DNA of 64,000 nucleotides from Blautia sp. (GTDB taxonomy: Bacteria > Bacillota > Clostridia > Lachnospirales > Lachnospiraceae): positions 14,972-78,971 of the forward strand of contig JAMPAC010000003.1 of the NCBI GenBank assembly GCA_023667395.1. Reading direction: 5' to 3'. This document shows positions 33,095-43,556 of the stretch, in pieces. The position numbers were made by a program, and so were the translations under genes. The notes beneath the pieces were generated by a model. The model saw only the letters and a program-made list of their open reading frames with translations. It had not been told where the DNA came from and ran no database searches. How positions within the stretch are numbered: position 1 is the first letter of the stretch; each line of letters begins with the position of its first letter.

Positions 33095-35386
33095 TCAGAT
33101 TTCGCCTTTTGTATAAGCCCGTTCCGCCTCCAGCGTCGGCGGGATGGCGGTATTGCAGCTGCGCAGCTTCTGCATGAACATATCGATGTGGTGCAGCCGC
33201 TGGTTCAGGAGTACGTTGCGGTGGGCGATGATTTCCGTAAACATGGGGTTCTGCTCCAGTTTCTTGCTCAGCGCGGCTGGGAAAGGACAGTAGGTGAGCA
33301 GGATCTTCCTTACTACCTTGTTCAGTCTGGGGGAACCGGTTCCCTCGAAAAATACCCAGACGATATAGTCCCGCACAAACATTTCCTTGAAGCTGTTCTT
33401 TGCCCTCTGCAGGCTGGTCTTGATCTTCTCCTTTGCCTCGTTGGTCAGTTCGTGGTTCTTGCGGTAGAACTGCACATAATCGAAATACTCGCTGGTCAGG
33501 GAACGCTCGGACAGATCGTTCCAGCGGCTGCCCTGTACGCGCTTGCACATTTCCCAGCGGAATTCACCGGTGAGACGCACCATGGTGGTATTGAGATCCT
33601 CCATATGGAAAATGGAGAAGAGCATCCGGGCGGGGGAGTTGCGCTTTTTGCCCTCGATTTCCTGCCACATCACGCCCCTGACGCCCACATTGGGCATCAG
33701 GATCACATCGGGCAGGAATTCCAGATGGATGGTTTCCTTGCCCATGACGGCGGAATTTTCCAGGTCCAGGCTTTCCCGGTAAAATGCGGAATAATCCACG
33801 CTCTTTATCATTTCCAGGGTCTTGCTGATCCCGCTTATGGTGACATAGGACTCTTTCAGGTCTTTCATCACATTGGCCGCCGCAAAGAGGGGGCAGAACG
33901 TGGTGATGCGCCCGGAAGTAATCTTGTTGGCGGAGGCAAACAGGTTTTCCAGTTCGAACCGGACTTTCAGCATGGCGTCGTTTTTCATGGCTGTCGCCTG
34001 TGCCTCGGTAATCTTTCCGGTGGCTTTCTGCTTGTTGATATTGTCAAAAAAGTCCTCGTCAAATTCATTACGGCTGGGGTTCTTGCGGCCGTCATGGATG
34101 GCCCGGATCCAGTCGTAAAAGGTATATACGCCCAACTCGGAATGATCTTCCATGTGGGTGGCCAGATCGTAGAGGATGGCACAGTTGGCCGCTCCCGTCA
34201 GTTCCTCGTCCACGTAGCCGAAGTACAGGAACATGCGTACCGGGACGGGGATGGCGTCAGTCTGCAGGGAACGCTCAAATATGGTGGCGTACAGCGAGTT
34301 GAATTCATTGGTAAGCTGTCTGCGGAGCCTGCTTGCCTCCTCCTCCGAGGAATTTTTATCCTCCAGCGCTTTGTAGGCGATGACATGTTTGCGGAAAGAA
34401 GGCCCGATCTCCAGTTCCAGCCCGGCAAATCCCAGGATCGTGGTCAGGGAGCCGGAAAGTTCCGCCATCATGGACGGATCGGCTGCGGACGGGTCTTTTT
34501 GTCCGTCCGCCTGTAAAGCGACTTCGTCTGCTGATGTGGAAACGTTGTCCAGGAAGCTTTTGATCCTGGGGGCAGCCGTTTTCTGGTCTACAGCAGGGTC
34601 TTTCTCAAATTTCTCGATGATCCGCAGAATCGTGTCATAGAGCGCGCCTGTATCTTCGCAATTTTTACCGAGCCGGAGATACAAAGAGGTCAGCATCTCG
34701 AACAGGTCGTCCCCGGATTCGTTAAAATAGAAAGAGGCGATCTGCTTCCGGTACTGGAACTGCTCTTCCAGACTGGCATAAACCTGTTGGAAATCCTGGC
34801 TTCCCCGGCGCAGGATGCCCATGGCAAGTCCAATATCCTGGCACAGATAGCGGCTGGCCTCCCCGGCATAGGCGTTCTGCAGTCCCAGGTAATAGTCGCC
34901 CAGCCATGTGTCCGGGGTTTCGGCGTTCAGGTAAGCGCTGACATCCCCCAGATTGAGGGCGCGCGGCTGGATGCGGTAACGGTTGCAGAGTGTGGTATAG
35001 TGCCCATAGTCGTTCATCAGTTCCTGATGAAGATTGTCGCAGACCGCTTCCGCCGGAATGATCTGTCCCATGACATTGTTCAGCTGCCGGAACAGCGACA
35101 GCAGGATCAGCTTTGCCATTGCGGCATGGGACCGCAGCACTTTTTCCAGAACGTCGATGTTGTTCAGGGGATATGTCATGATGGTAATGTTGTCCAGCGT
35201 GACATAATCCACAAAATGCACTTCGGAACAGATCTCGCAGATACCGATCACATCCCCTTCCCCCAGCGTATAAGTGCCGCCGGGGTATGTTGCCTGTACT
35301 TTCCCCTTGGTGATGATGTGCAGCGCGGTTACAGGCTGACCGGCTGAATAGATGATTTTCCCTTTTTCCAAAATACTACCCGCCAT
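33095..35386 (-). CDS. Cyclic-nucleotide-binding-domain protein (large, C-terminal region uncharacterised)
   Basis: 763 aa. The N-terminal cNMP-binding-like beta-roll (GKIIYSAGQPVTALHIITKGKV...LGEGDVIGICE) is followed by about 650 aa of unknown function. Confidence 0.7.
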   Translation of the reverse strand: MAGSILEKGKIIYSAGQPVTALHIITKGKVQATYPGGTYTLGEGDVIGICEICSEVHFVDYVTLDNITIMTYPLNNIDVLEKVLRSHAAMAKLILLSLFRQLNNVMGQIIPAEAVCDNLHQELMNDYGHYTTLCNRYRIQPRALNLGDVSAYLNAETPDTWLGDYYLGLQNAYAGEASRYLCQDIGLAMGILRRGSQDFQQVYASLEEQFQYRKQIASFYFNESGDDLFEMLTSLYLRLGKNCEDTGALYDTILRIIEKFEKDPAVDQKTAAPRIKSFLDNVSTSADEVALQADGQKDPSAADPSMMAELSGSLTTILGFAGLELEIGPSFRKHVIAYKALEDKNSSEEEASRLRRQLTNEFNSLYATIFERSLQTDAIPVPVRMFLYFGYVDEELTGAANCAILYDLATHMEDHSELGVYTFYDWIRAIHDGRKNPSRNEFDEDFFDNINKQKATGKITEAQATAMKNDAMLKVRFELENLFASANKITSGRITTFCPLFAAANVMKDLKESYVTISGISKTLEMIKSVDYSAFYRESLDLENSAVMGKETIHLEFLPDVILMPNVGVRGVMWQEIEGKKRNSPARMLFSIFHMEDLNTTMVRLTGEFRWEMCKRVQGSRWNDLSERSLTSEYFDYVQFYRKNHELTNEAKEKIKTSLQRAKNSFKEMFVRDYIVWVFFEGTGSPRLNKVVRKILLTYCPFPAALSKKLEQNPMFTEIIAHRNVLLNQRLHHIDMFMQKLRSCNTAIPPTLEAERAYTKGEI

Positions 35387-35551
35387 ATCTTTTATCTCTT
35401 TTCCGCCGCAATGCGGCTTTTTCTAAAGTTCGGTATTATTATACAACAAACAGGGTGCAATTTTCTACTGTACTTTTAATAAAAATGTGATAAAATAAAA
35501 ATACATCTGTGTCAGTTTTGACAATTACTAAGAAAGGTACGGTTTACATAA

Positions 35552-36022
35552 ATGGAAGAGAATCAGGAATATATGCAGCAGCTGATGGAAGATTACAAGG
35601 AGATGACGGCGCCCCTGCTGAAATACCTGCCATGGTTTGAGAGGAACGCGGGACAGGCAGGGAATTCTTATTATAAGGGATCCGAGTTCAATGAACGGAG
35701 CATGGCGATACCGGTGTATGACGCCAATCTCATGAGTTTCGTCAAAGAGGCATCTAACTCCAGGCTGATGGATCGCAACTACCCGTATGTCTATACCAGG
35801 AACCGCATCAAAACCCATGATGACGAAAGGAAAGTCATCAAGAACGCGGGCGTCAGGGAGTGGGACCTGTTAAGGGGGATCCTGTCCAAGTATGTGCTGG
35901 GCGGCAGGACCAAGAGTATGCTGTGGAGCCAGGCCGTGGAGGAGAATATCTTCTACCTGGTGCTGAAGAAGATGCAGGAGATCATCGAATACTGGGACAA
36001 ATCCAAAGACAACGGGCAGTAA
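35552..36022 (+). CDS. Hypothetical protein
   Basis: 156-aa ORF with coding-like composition. No motif recognised. Confidence 0.55.
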   Translation: MEENQEYMQQLMEDYKEMTAPLLKYLPWFERNAGQAGNSYYKGSEFNERSMAIPVYDANLMSFVKEASNSRLMDRNYPYVYTRNRIKTHDDERKVIKNAGVREWDLLRGILSKYVLGGRTKSMLWSQAVEENIFYLVLKKMQEIIEYWDKSKDNGQ

Positions 36023-36060
36023 CCCAAAAGCCGCCGCGCGGCGGCAGAATGTGAGGATGT

Positions 36061-36645
36061 ATGGGCGAAAAATCAGTACAGAAGAGACGATACATATTGG
36101 AGACTGCCAGAAGAGTGTTTGTGGAGAAGGGCTTTAAACGCGTCACCATGAAGGATATTGTGGAGGCCTGTGAGATCAGCCGGGGGGGCCTGTACCTCTA
36201 TTTTGAGAGCACAAGCCAGATCTTTCTTGAAGTATTGAAGATGGAGAGCGAGGAGACGGACGACGTGTTTTCCGACAGCATCACGGAGGATGCCACGGCG
36301 GCGGATATCCTGATCCTGTTCCTGCAGGAGCAGAAGAAAGAACTGCTGCGGAAGGAGGACACCCTGACCCAGGCGATCTACGAATATTACTTTGAAAACC
36401 AGCCGGGCAGGAAAGATAATATACTCCGGAAGCAGTTCGATTCCGCAGTGAAGATCATAGAGAAGCTGATCGAGACCGGGGTGGACAACGGGGAGTTCTA
36501 CTGTGAGGACTGCGAGGGGACGGCCCGCAACATCATGTTCGTGCTGGAGGGCCTGAAGATTTCCGCGCAGACCATCGGGATCACGGCGGACACCGTGGAC
36601 CGGGAGATTTCTTACATATTAAGATCGCTGGATGTAGAGATATAA
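36061..36645 (+). CDS. TetR/AcrR-family transcriptional regulator
   Basis: 194 aa. N-terminal HTH (RRYILETARRVFVEKGFKRVTMKDIVEACEISRGGLYLYF). Confidence 0.85.
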   Translation: MGEKSVQKRRYILETARRVFVEKGFKRVTMKDIVEACEISRGGLYLYFESTSQIFLEVLKMESEETDDVFSDSITEDATAADILILFLQEQKKELLRKEDTLTQAIYEYYFENQPGRKDNILRKQFDSAVKIIEKLIETGVDNGEFYCEDCEGTARNIMFVLEGLKISAQTIGITADTVDREISYILRSLDVEI

Positions 36646-36670
36646 ATAAATCAGTGCCTGGAGGAGCGGT

Positions 36671-39600
36671 ATGGGAAACGTAAGACGTATCTATGTGGAG
36701 AAGAAAGAGCCTTTTGCGGTAAAGGCAAAGGAACTGCATGAGGAGTTGAAGAATTACCTTGGGATCGATGTGAAAGGAGTGCGGGAGTTCATCCGCTATG
36801 ACGTGGAGAACATTTCGGATGATGTGTTTGAAAAGGCGTGCAGGACTGTTTTTTCCGAACCCCCGGTGGATGACCTGTATGAGGAGAGCATCGAGGTACC
36901 GATGGACGGGAAAGTGTTTTCCGTGGAATTCCTGCCCGGTCAGTTCGACCAGAGGGCGGATTCCGCCGTACAGTGCGTGCAGTTTTTGAAAGAATCGGAG
37001 GAGCCCGTGATCAGGACGGCGGTCACTTACATGATCCTGGGAGACGTCACCGAAGAAGAATTCGACCGGATCAAGGCGTACTGCATCAACCCCGTGGACT
37101 CCAGGGAGACGGGCATGGACAAGCCGGACACGCTGATCACGGCCTTTGAGGATCCCGCCGACGTGAAGATCCTGGAGGGCTTTGCGCAGATGGAGGAGAA
37201 AGACCTGCTTGCCCTTTACGATTCGCTGTCCCTTGCCATGACGTTTAAGGACTTTTTACATATTCAGAAGTATTTCAGGGAGGATGAGAAGCGCGACCCT
37301 TCCATGACGGAGATCCGTGTGCTGGATACCTATTGGTCCGACCATTGTCGTCACACCACTTTCTCCACGGAACTGACGGACGTGGAGTTCGGGGAGGGCT
37401 ATTACCGCACCCCCATGGAGACCACTTATCAGAGTTACCTGGACACCCGGGAGGAAATCTTTGCGGGCAGGGAAGATAAGTTTGTCTGCCTCATGGATCT
37501 GGCGCTGATGGCCATGCGGAAGCTGAAGAAAGACGGAAAGCTGGCGGATATGGAGGAATCCGACGAGATCAATGCCTGCTCCGTGGTGGTGCCCGTGGAA
37601 ATGGACTACGGCGACCACAGGGAGACGGAGGAATGGCTGGTATTTTTCAAGAATGAGACCCATAACCATCCCACGGAAATAGAGCCTTTCGGCGGTGCTG
37701 CCACCTGTCTGGGCGGCGCCATCCGGGATCCCCTTTCCGGCAGGGGCTATGTCTATCAGGCCATGCGTGTCACCGGGGCGGCGGATCCCACCGTGCCCGT
37801 GGCAGATACCTTAAAAGGAAAGCTTTCCCAGAAAAAGCTGGTTCGCGGCGCGGCAAGCGGCTATTCCTCCTATGGGAACCAGATCGGCCTTGCCACCGGC
37901 TTTGTAAAAGAGATCTATCATCCCGACTATGTGGCGAAGAGGATGGAGATTGGCGCGGTCATGGGCGTGGCTCCCAGGAAGAACGTGATTCGCGGGACTT
38001 CCGACCCCGGGGACATCATCATCCTGCTGGGGGGACGCACCGGGCGGGACGGCTGCGGCGGCGCTACCGGTTCCTCCAAGGTGCACACGGAGCAGTCCAT
38101 CGAAACCTGCGGCGCGGAGGTGCAGAAAGGCAATGCGCCCACGGAGCGGAAGATCCAGAGACTGTTCCGCCGTGAGGAAGTAAGCCGCATTATTAAAAAG
38201 TGCAACGATTTCGGCGCAGGCGGCGTGTCCGTGGCCATCGGCGAACTGGCGGACGGCCTTACCGTGGATCTGGACAAGGTTCCCAAGAAATACGCCGGCC
38301 TGGACGGCACGGAACTGGCCATCTCCGAATCCCAGGAGCGTATGGCTGTGGTGGTGGGTCCGAAAGATGTGGAGAAATTTTTAGGCTATGCCGCAGAGGA
38401 GAACCTGGAAGCGGTGGCGGTGGCAGTGGTCACGGAGGAACCCCGGCTGATCCTGAACTGGAGGGGCAGGACCATCGTTAATTTAAAGAGAGCCTTTCTG
38501 GACACCAACGGCGCCCACCAGGAGACCGCCGTAAGGGTGGACATTCCTGACGAGAAAGAGAACTATTTTGATCAATACGCGGCGCCTGCGGTGGGCGAGA
38601 AGCTGGAGGCAGGCGAGATAAAAGAGGCCTGGCTGGCTCTGCTGAACGACCTGAACGTATGTTCCCAGAAAGGGCTGGTGGAGATGTTCGATGCCTCCAT
38701 CGGCGCGGGAAGCGTATTCATGCCCTACGGCGGAAAGCACCAGCTGACGGAGACCCAGACCATGGTGGCGAAGCTGCCCGTGCTCCGCGGGAAGACGGAT
38801 ACCGTCACCATGATGAGCCATGGATTCGATCCTTATCTGTCCTCCTGGAGCCCTTACCACGGCGCGGTTTACGCAGTAACGGAGTCCATGGCGAAGATCG
38901 TGGCTTCCGGCGGGGATTTTGAGAAGATACGGTTTACATTCCAGGAATATTTCCGCAGGATGACCGGCGACCCTGGCCGCTGGAGCCAGCCTTTCGCGGC
39001 ACTGCTGGGCGCTTACGACGCCCAGATGGGTTTCGGATTGCCCTCCATCGGCGGCAAGGACAGTATGTCGGGAACCTTTAACGATATCGACGTGCCTCCC
39101 ACGCTGGTCTCCTTTGCGGTGGATATCGCGAAGCAGGGAGACATCATCACCCCGGAACTGAAAAAAGCGGGAAATAAGCTGGTGCGCTTTAAGATAGAGA
39201 AAGACGATTTTGACATCCCCATGTATGAGGATGTGGCGGAACTGTACCGCTTTATCAGCCACCTGATCCAGGAGAAAATAGTGGTTTCCGCCTATGCGCT
39301 GGATGCCAGGGGCACAGTGGCGGCGCTGTCCAAAATGGCTTTCGGCAACAAGCTGGGCGTGCAGGTGGAGGACGGCGTTTCCGTGGATACGCTCTTTGAA
39401 AATGCGCTGGGAGACATCCTGGCGGAGGTGGTTCCTGAGAAGCTTGATGTGCTGACGGCTTCGGAGCATAATGTGAAAGTGATCGGCACCGTGACGGAGG
39501 CGCCCGTATTTGTATACGGTGATGTGAAGATCACCATGGAAGAGGCGCTTGCTTCCTGGACTTCCAGGCTGGAGAAAGTATTCCCCACCAGGGCGGTCAG

Positions 39601-40468
39601 GGATACCGCGCCTGTGGAGAGCAGGCTCTATCAGGCCGACAGCATTTATATATGTAAACATAAGGTGGCCAGACCTACGGTATTCATCCCCGTCTTCCCG
39701 GGAACCAACTGCGAGTATGACAGTGCGAAAGCCTTTGAGCGCGCGGGAGCCAGCGTGGTGACAAAAGTATTCCGCAACCTCAGCGAGGCGGATATCAGGG
39801 CTTCCGTGGAGGAGTTTGAGAAAGCCATTGCCCAGGCGCAGATCATCATGTTCCCCGGCGGCTTTTCCGCAGGCGACGAGCCCGACGGCAGCGCCAAGTT
39901 CTTCGCCACCGCTTTCCAGAACGAGAAGCTGAAAGAAGCGGTCATGAAGCTGCTGAACGAGAGGGACGGCCTGGCGCTGGGGATCTGCAACGGCTTCCAG
40001 GCGCTGATCAAGCTGGGACTGGCGCCCTGCGGCGAGATTGCGGGACAGAAAGAGGATTCGCCCACGCTGACCTTTAACACCATCAACAGGCACATTTCCA
40101 AAATGGTGTATACAAAGGTGGTCTCCAATAAATCGCCCTGGCTGCAGCAGGCCGGGCTTGGAAAGGTGTACTGCAACCCCGCTTCCCACGGCGAGGGGCG
40201 TTTCGTGGCTCCGAAAGAGTGGCTGGATAAGCTGTTTGCCAACGGACAGGTGGCCACCCAGTACTGCGACCAGGAGGGAAATATCTCCATGGACGAGGAG
40301 TACAATATCAACGGTTCCTACTGTGCCATCGAGGGCATCACGTCCCCTGACGGGCGTTGTCTGGGCAAGATGGCCCACTCCGAGAGACGCGGCGACGCCG
40401 TGGCCATGAATATTTACGGAGAACAGGATATCAGGATATTTGAATCAGGGGTGGCGTACTTCAGATAG
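36671..40468 (+). CDS. purL: Phosphoribosylformylglycinamidine synthase, single-chain large form
   Basis: 1265 aa. HNHPTEIEPFGGAATCLGGAIRD, SESQERM, and a C-terminal GATase (LGICNGFQAL...HGEGRF). Confidence 0.95.
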   Translation: MGNVRRIYVEKKEPFAVKAKELHEELKNYLGIDVKGVREFIRYDVENISDDVFEKACRTVFSEPPVDDLYEESIEVPMDGKVFSVEFLPGQFDQRADSAVQCVQFLKESEEPVIRTAVTYMILGDVTEEEFDRIKAYCINPVDSRETGMDKPDTLITAFEDPADVKILEGFAQMEEKDLLALYDSLSLAMTFKDFLHIQKYFREDEKRDPSMTEIRVLDTYWSDHCRHTTFSTELTDVEFGEGYYRTPMETTYQSYLDTREEIFAGREDKFVCLMDLALMAMRKLKKDGKLADMEESDEINACSVVVPVEMDYGDHRETEEWLVFFKNETHNHPTEIEPFGGAATCLGGAIRDPLSGRGYVYQAMRVTGAADPTVPVADTLKGKLSQKKLVRGAASGYSSYGNQIGLATGFVKEIYHPDYVAKRMEIGAVMGVAPRKNVIRGTSDPGDIIILLGGRTGRDGCGGATGSSKVHTEQSIETCGAEVQKGNAPTERKIQRLFRREEVSRIIKKCNDFGAGGVSVAIGELADGLTVDLDKVPKKYAGLDGTELAISESQERMAVVVGPKDVEKFLGYAAEENLEAVAVAVVTEEPRLILNWRGRTIVNLKRAFLDTNGAHQETAVRVDIPDEKENYFDQYAAPAVGEKLEAGEIKEAWLALLNDLNVCSQKGLVEMFDASIGAGSVFMPYGGKHQLTETQTMVAKLPVLRGKTDTVTMMSHGFDPYLSSWSPYHGAVYAVTESMAKIVASGGDFEKIRFTFQEYFRRMTGDPGRWSQPFAALLGAYDAQMGFGLPSIGGKDSMSGTFNDIDVPPTLVSFAVDIAKQGDIITPELKKAGNKLVRFKIEKDDFDIPMYEDVAELYRFISHLIQEKIVVSAYALDARGTVAALSKMAFGNKLGVQVEDGVSVDTLFENALGDILAEVVPEKLDVLTASEHNVKVIGTVTEAPVFVYGDVKITMEEALASWTSRLEKVFPTRAVRDTAPVESRLYQADSIYICKHKVARPTVFIPVFPGTNCEYDSAKAFERAGASVVTKVFRNLSEADIRASVEEFEKAIAQAQIIMFPGGFSAGDEPDGSAKFFATAFQNEKLKEAVMKLLNERDGLALGICNGFQALIKLGLAPCGEIAGQKEDSPTLTFNTINRHISKMVYTKVVSNKSPWLQQAGLGKVYCNPASHGEGRFVAPKEWLDKLFANGQVATQYCDQEGNISMDEEYNINGSYCAIEGITSPDGRCLGKMAHSERRGDAVAMNIYGEQDIRIFESGVAYFR

Positions 40469-40514
40469 GGGGAACGTATGGACTGAAAAGTCAATTTAAT
40501 ACAGACAGGATAAA

Positions 40515-40549
40515 ATGACAGTTTCCGGTAGGGAAGCTGTCATTTTTTG
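40515..40549 (+). terminator. Rho-independent terminator of purL
   Basis: A 12-bp stem (atgacagtttcc / ggaagctgtcat) with loop ggtag, followed by tttttt. Confidence 0.8.
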
Positions 40550-40573
40550 CGCGCCCGTTCCCGGTGAAATTCC

Positions 40574-40604
40574 TTGACAAAATTTGTCGGGGGGGGGGTA
40601 CAAT
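40574..40604 (+). promoter_or_regulatory. Promoter with a G10 homopolymer in the spacer
   Basis: TTGACA (40574-40579), a 19-nt spacer containing G10 (40589-40598), then TACAAT (40599-40604). AAAGGAGG and ATG 40632 follow. Confidence 0.6.
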
Positions 40605-40631
40605 ATCAGGGGGCAAAGGAGGTAGGTTTTC

Positions 40632-41633
40632 ATGGACTCAACTCAATTATCAACGGAAGTTTTAAGCAGGGACGAATACAGGCAGTATTTGAGAGAAGTG
40701 TGCCATTATGAGAAGAACCTGCTTATGATCAACCTGTCCATAGATCGGTTAAAAGAACAAATGTCCGGTCTGGGCGTCTCCAACCATATCCGGAAACCTG
40801 TGAAAGGAATGCAGGATACCAGGAGCAAGGCGCCATTGGCCCTGCGTACCAGTGTCATCATGGGATTTATTCCTATCGTGATCATCTCGTTTGCCTTAAT
40901 GGTACTTACGCAAATCATAGCGGTGGGCGTGGCTGCCTTTTTTGTGTTACATGTGATATGGTATCTGATTACGTTTAAAATACTGGACTCGGAGAGAAAG
41001 ACAAAAAACAAGGAGATACAGAAGCGGGACGACAAAGAGCAGGCGGACTATGAGGAAGCCCTGCAGGGGGAGAAACGGCGTCTGGAGATCGAAAACCTCC
41101 AGAGACAGTCCCTTGCCTGCGATATCAGCAATTTTGAGATAGACAGGGGTATCTGTTCGCGCACCCTGAGTGATCTGTATGCGTGCAATATCCTGCACCC
41201 GAAGTATCGGAATTTTGCGGCGGCGGCTTCCTTTTACGATTACATTGACACGGGGAGATGCTCTTCCCTGGAGGGACCCAACGGGGCTTATGCCACCTAC
41301 GAGATGGAGAGCAGGATGGATAAGATCATCAGCAAACTGGATCAGGTTCTGGATAAACTGGAACAGATCCGGCAGAATCAGGAGATGCTGTATTCGGAGA
41401 TCAGGGATGCGTACTACCAGTCCAATCTCCTGGCTTCTGAGACCCTGGACGGGATTAACAGGATTGCCCAGAGGACGGATGAGCAGCTGTACCAGCTGGC
41501 GGAGAACCAGCGCCTGATCGAATACAATACGCGGATCTCGGCGGAGAGCGCGGAGACGATGAAGCATGTGATGTTGTACAAGGAGCGTGTGGGAGGCCCG
41601 CTTCCCGTCAGCTATCCAAATTTCGATCGATAA
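40632..41633 (+). CDS. Membrane protein with two TM helices and a long coiled-coil C-terminus
   Basis: 333 aa. TM pair (VIMGFIPIVIISFALMVL.. / ..VGVAAFFVLHVIWYLITFKIL). No family recognised. Confidence 0.6.
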   Translation: MDSTQLSTEVLSRDEYRQYLREVCHYEKNLLMINLSIDRLKEQMSGLGVSNHIRKPVKGMQDTRSKAPLALRTSVIMGFIPIVIISFALMVLTQIIAVGVAAFFVLHVIWYLITFKILDSERKTKNKEIQKRDDKEQADYEEALQGEKRRLEIENLQRQSLACDISNFEIDRGICSRTLSDLYACNILHPKYRNFAAAASFYDYIDTGRCSSLEGPNGAYATYEMESRMDKIISKLDQVLDKLEQIRQNQEMLYSEIRDAYYQSNLLASETLDGINRIAQRTDEQLYQLAENQRLIEYNTRISAESAETMKHVMLYKERVGGPLPVSYPNFDR

Positions 41634-41660
41634 AGACTGCTGCGGGAGGAAAAGTACGGG

Positions 41661-42407
41661 ATGTGCCCTACGGTTACTGTTTTTGGTTTGCCTATATACA
41701 TGTTTTCCCTTTGTTACATATTGGCGGGCGATACGGCGTTTATGGTCTATTATTTCTGTCCCAGATACCGTGATGATATTCTCAGGGATTTCGTGAAAGC
41801 GATCACTTATGGCCTGCTGGTATCCGTTGCAGGGGGAAAACTTTTGTTTGCAGTCACCCAGATACCCCAGGGCAGGAATTTCTGGGACGCCCTGCTGAGA
41901 GGCGGATTTGTGTTCTATGGAGGCCTCATGGGGGGCGCGGTGGGACTGGCGGTTTTCTGCGCGAGATACCGGCAGAATTTTCTGGACTGGGGCGATATTA
42001 TGTGCAGCCTGCTGCCCATGTGCCAGGCCATCGGCAGGATCGGCTGCTTCTGCAATGGATGCTGCTACGGAAAGCCCTATGACGGATTCGGCTCCGTCCT
42101 GTACCCGGTGAACGGGGTGAAGATCGGGGTCTATCCCACCTGGTTCATGGAGTCCCTTGGCTGTGCGGCGCTGTTTTGCTGGCTCTGGAACAGGCGGGGA
42201 CGGAGAATAAGGGGAAGCGTGGCCAGCGGTTACCTGACCGGATACGGCATCCTGCGGTTCTGCATCGAGTTTTTCAGGGGGGACGAACTCCGGGGAGTCT
42301 GGGGGCTTCTTTCCACTTCGCAGATCATCAGCATCATCATGGTGCTGGCGGGGGTGGGAACAGGGATATACGCATGGAAATATAAGGAGCAGAACAGACT
42401 TTGGTGA
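41661..42407 (+). CDS. lgt: Prolipoprotein diacylglyceryl transferase-like protein
   Basis: 248 aa, polytopic. GRIGCFCNGCCYGKP corresponds to the Lgt GR.GNF.N.E..G block and YPTWFMESL to HPTQLYES. Confidence 0.65.
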   Translation: MCPTVTVFGLPIYMFSLCYILAGDTAFMVYYFCPRYRDDILRDFVKAITYGLLVSVAGGKLLFAVTQIPQGRNFWDALLRGGFVFYGGLMGGAVGLAVFCARYRQNFLDWGDIMCSLLPMCQAIGRIGCFCNGCCYGKPYDGFGSVLYPVNGVKIGVYPTWFMESLGCAALFCWLWNRRGRRIRGSVASGYLTGYGILRFCIEFFRGDELRGVWGLLSTSQIISIIMVLAGVGTGIYAWKYKEQNRLW

Positions 42408-42451
42408 CTGCTCTTTATTATAAATAGGACAACGGAGGATGAGGAGGAACT

Positions 42452-43522
42452 ATGAGTAAATTTGAATGTAAGAATTGTGGCTTTATAGTGGAGCAGGCGA
42501 CACAGCCGGGAAGCTGTCCCCTCTGCGGCGGGACTGAATTTACGGCGAGTGGGAGCACGCAGGCCGATGCTGCGGCGAACAGATCCGCCAGGGCGTCTGT
42601 TCCTGTGGGCACTGTGACGGACAGGCCTGTCAGGGAAGCAAATCCTGCGCCCTCCGTCCCGAGAAACAGCTATGTGCAGTTTCGGGAGTTCCCGTCGGTG
42701 CAGAGGGATCGGGTGAAGAAAGAACTGGAAGAAAAGATAAATGCAATCCAGGAGGAGGCGGCAGCGTATATCGGGCGGCAGGAGGCAAAAAACAAGAAGA
42801 AAAACGATAGTGCTTCCGGGGGATTATTTGGATTGGTGTTTGGTCTTGTTGGATTTGTCGGAACTTGCAGCGGATCCTGTTATATTATTGATACACCAGG
42901 ATTTCAAGGTTTTCTCCAGGTACTTTATGCATCCTTGTTTGTTGGGATTGTGCTGGGTGTGGGGATGCTTTTTCTGGGAGACGCCCTTACAGGAGCAAAA
43001 AAGAAAGATTATGAGGTCATAGACATAAAGAATGATTCTGCGGAGGAGGAAAAGAAAAGCAGCCAGGAGGCAGCCCGCAGGAGTATCAGTGAGTATGTGC
43101 AGTCCTTTGACAGGGCGGTAAAGGAGTCCGTGCAGAGATTTATTTCCAGCAAAACCACGGAGGACATTGGAAACCGTATCCTGGAGGGGTTCCTGACCGC
43201 AATCGGGAATGCGCCCAGGGATGCGCGGCGAATGGATATTGTGGTGAAATGCCAGTACTCGGTATATGCCAATCAGGTGCAATATGGGGGTGGGATTTTC
43301 AGCTTTTCACAGAACCACTGTTCCAACCTGGCAGGCCCTGTGGAACAGGCGGCCCTGGGGCAGGCCATAGCCACATACCTGGAGGTACATGTGTTGGAGA
43401 AGTATGACAGGGATCCCTGCGGCTCTGTTCCCCAGATCCTGATCGACAATGAGGATGACGCGGCGTCACGCACCGTTACCGTGACATATAAGGCAGTGAA
43501 CGTATATTACAGGGGAGCATGA
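42452..43522 (+). CDS. Zinc-ribbon membrane protein, paralogue 1
   Basis: 356 aa. N-terminal CKNCG...CPLCGG ribbon, TM helices in the centre. The C-terminal domain is alignable with the 44289 gene (QYSVYANQV/SYSVYTDRI; ALGQAIATYLEVHVLEKY/ALSIAIAAAVKILVMQKY; TVTYKAVN/TMTYTAKN). Confidence 0.65.
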   Translation: MSKFECKNCGFIVEQATQPGSCPLCGGTEFTASGSTQADAAANRSARASVPVGTVTDRPVREANPAPSVPRNSYVQFREFPSVQRDRVKKELEEKINAIQEEAAAYIGRQEAKNKKKNDSASGGLFGLVFGLVGFVGTCSGSCYIIDTPGFQGFLQVLYASLFVGIVLGVGMLFLGDALTGAKKKDYEVIDIKNDSAEEEKKSSQEAARRSISEYVQSFDRAVKESVQRFISSKTTEDIGNRILEGFLTAIGNAPRDARRMDIVVKCQYSVYANQVQYGGGIFSFSQNHCSNLAGPVEQAALGQAIATYLEVHVLEKYDRDPCGSVPQILIDNEDDAASRTVTVTYKAVNVYYRGA

Positions 43523-43556
43523 AGGACGTTCCCTTAGGATGACAGGAGGAAGATAC

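Noticed and set aside
32405-33095. Integrase, att sites or prophage remnants next to tRNA-Trp
   Set aside because: No recombinase-like ORF and no duplicated tRNA 3' segment were found in the window.
33188-34516. 442-aa plus-strand ORF opposite the cNMP-binding protein gene
   Set aside because: The minus-strand frame carries a recognisable cNMP-binding domain and a proper SD. The plus-strand frame has biased G/H/V/L composition and no SD.
38483-40378. 631-aa minus-strand ORF inside purL
   Set aside because: It is a shadow ORF opposite a highly conserved enzyme gene.
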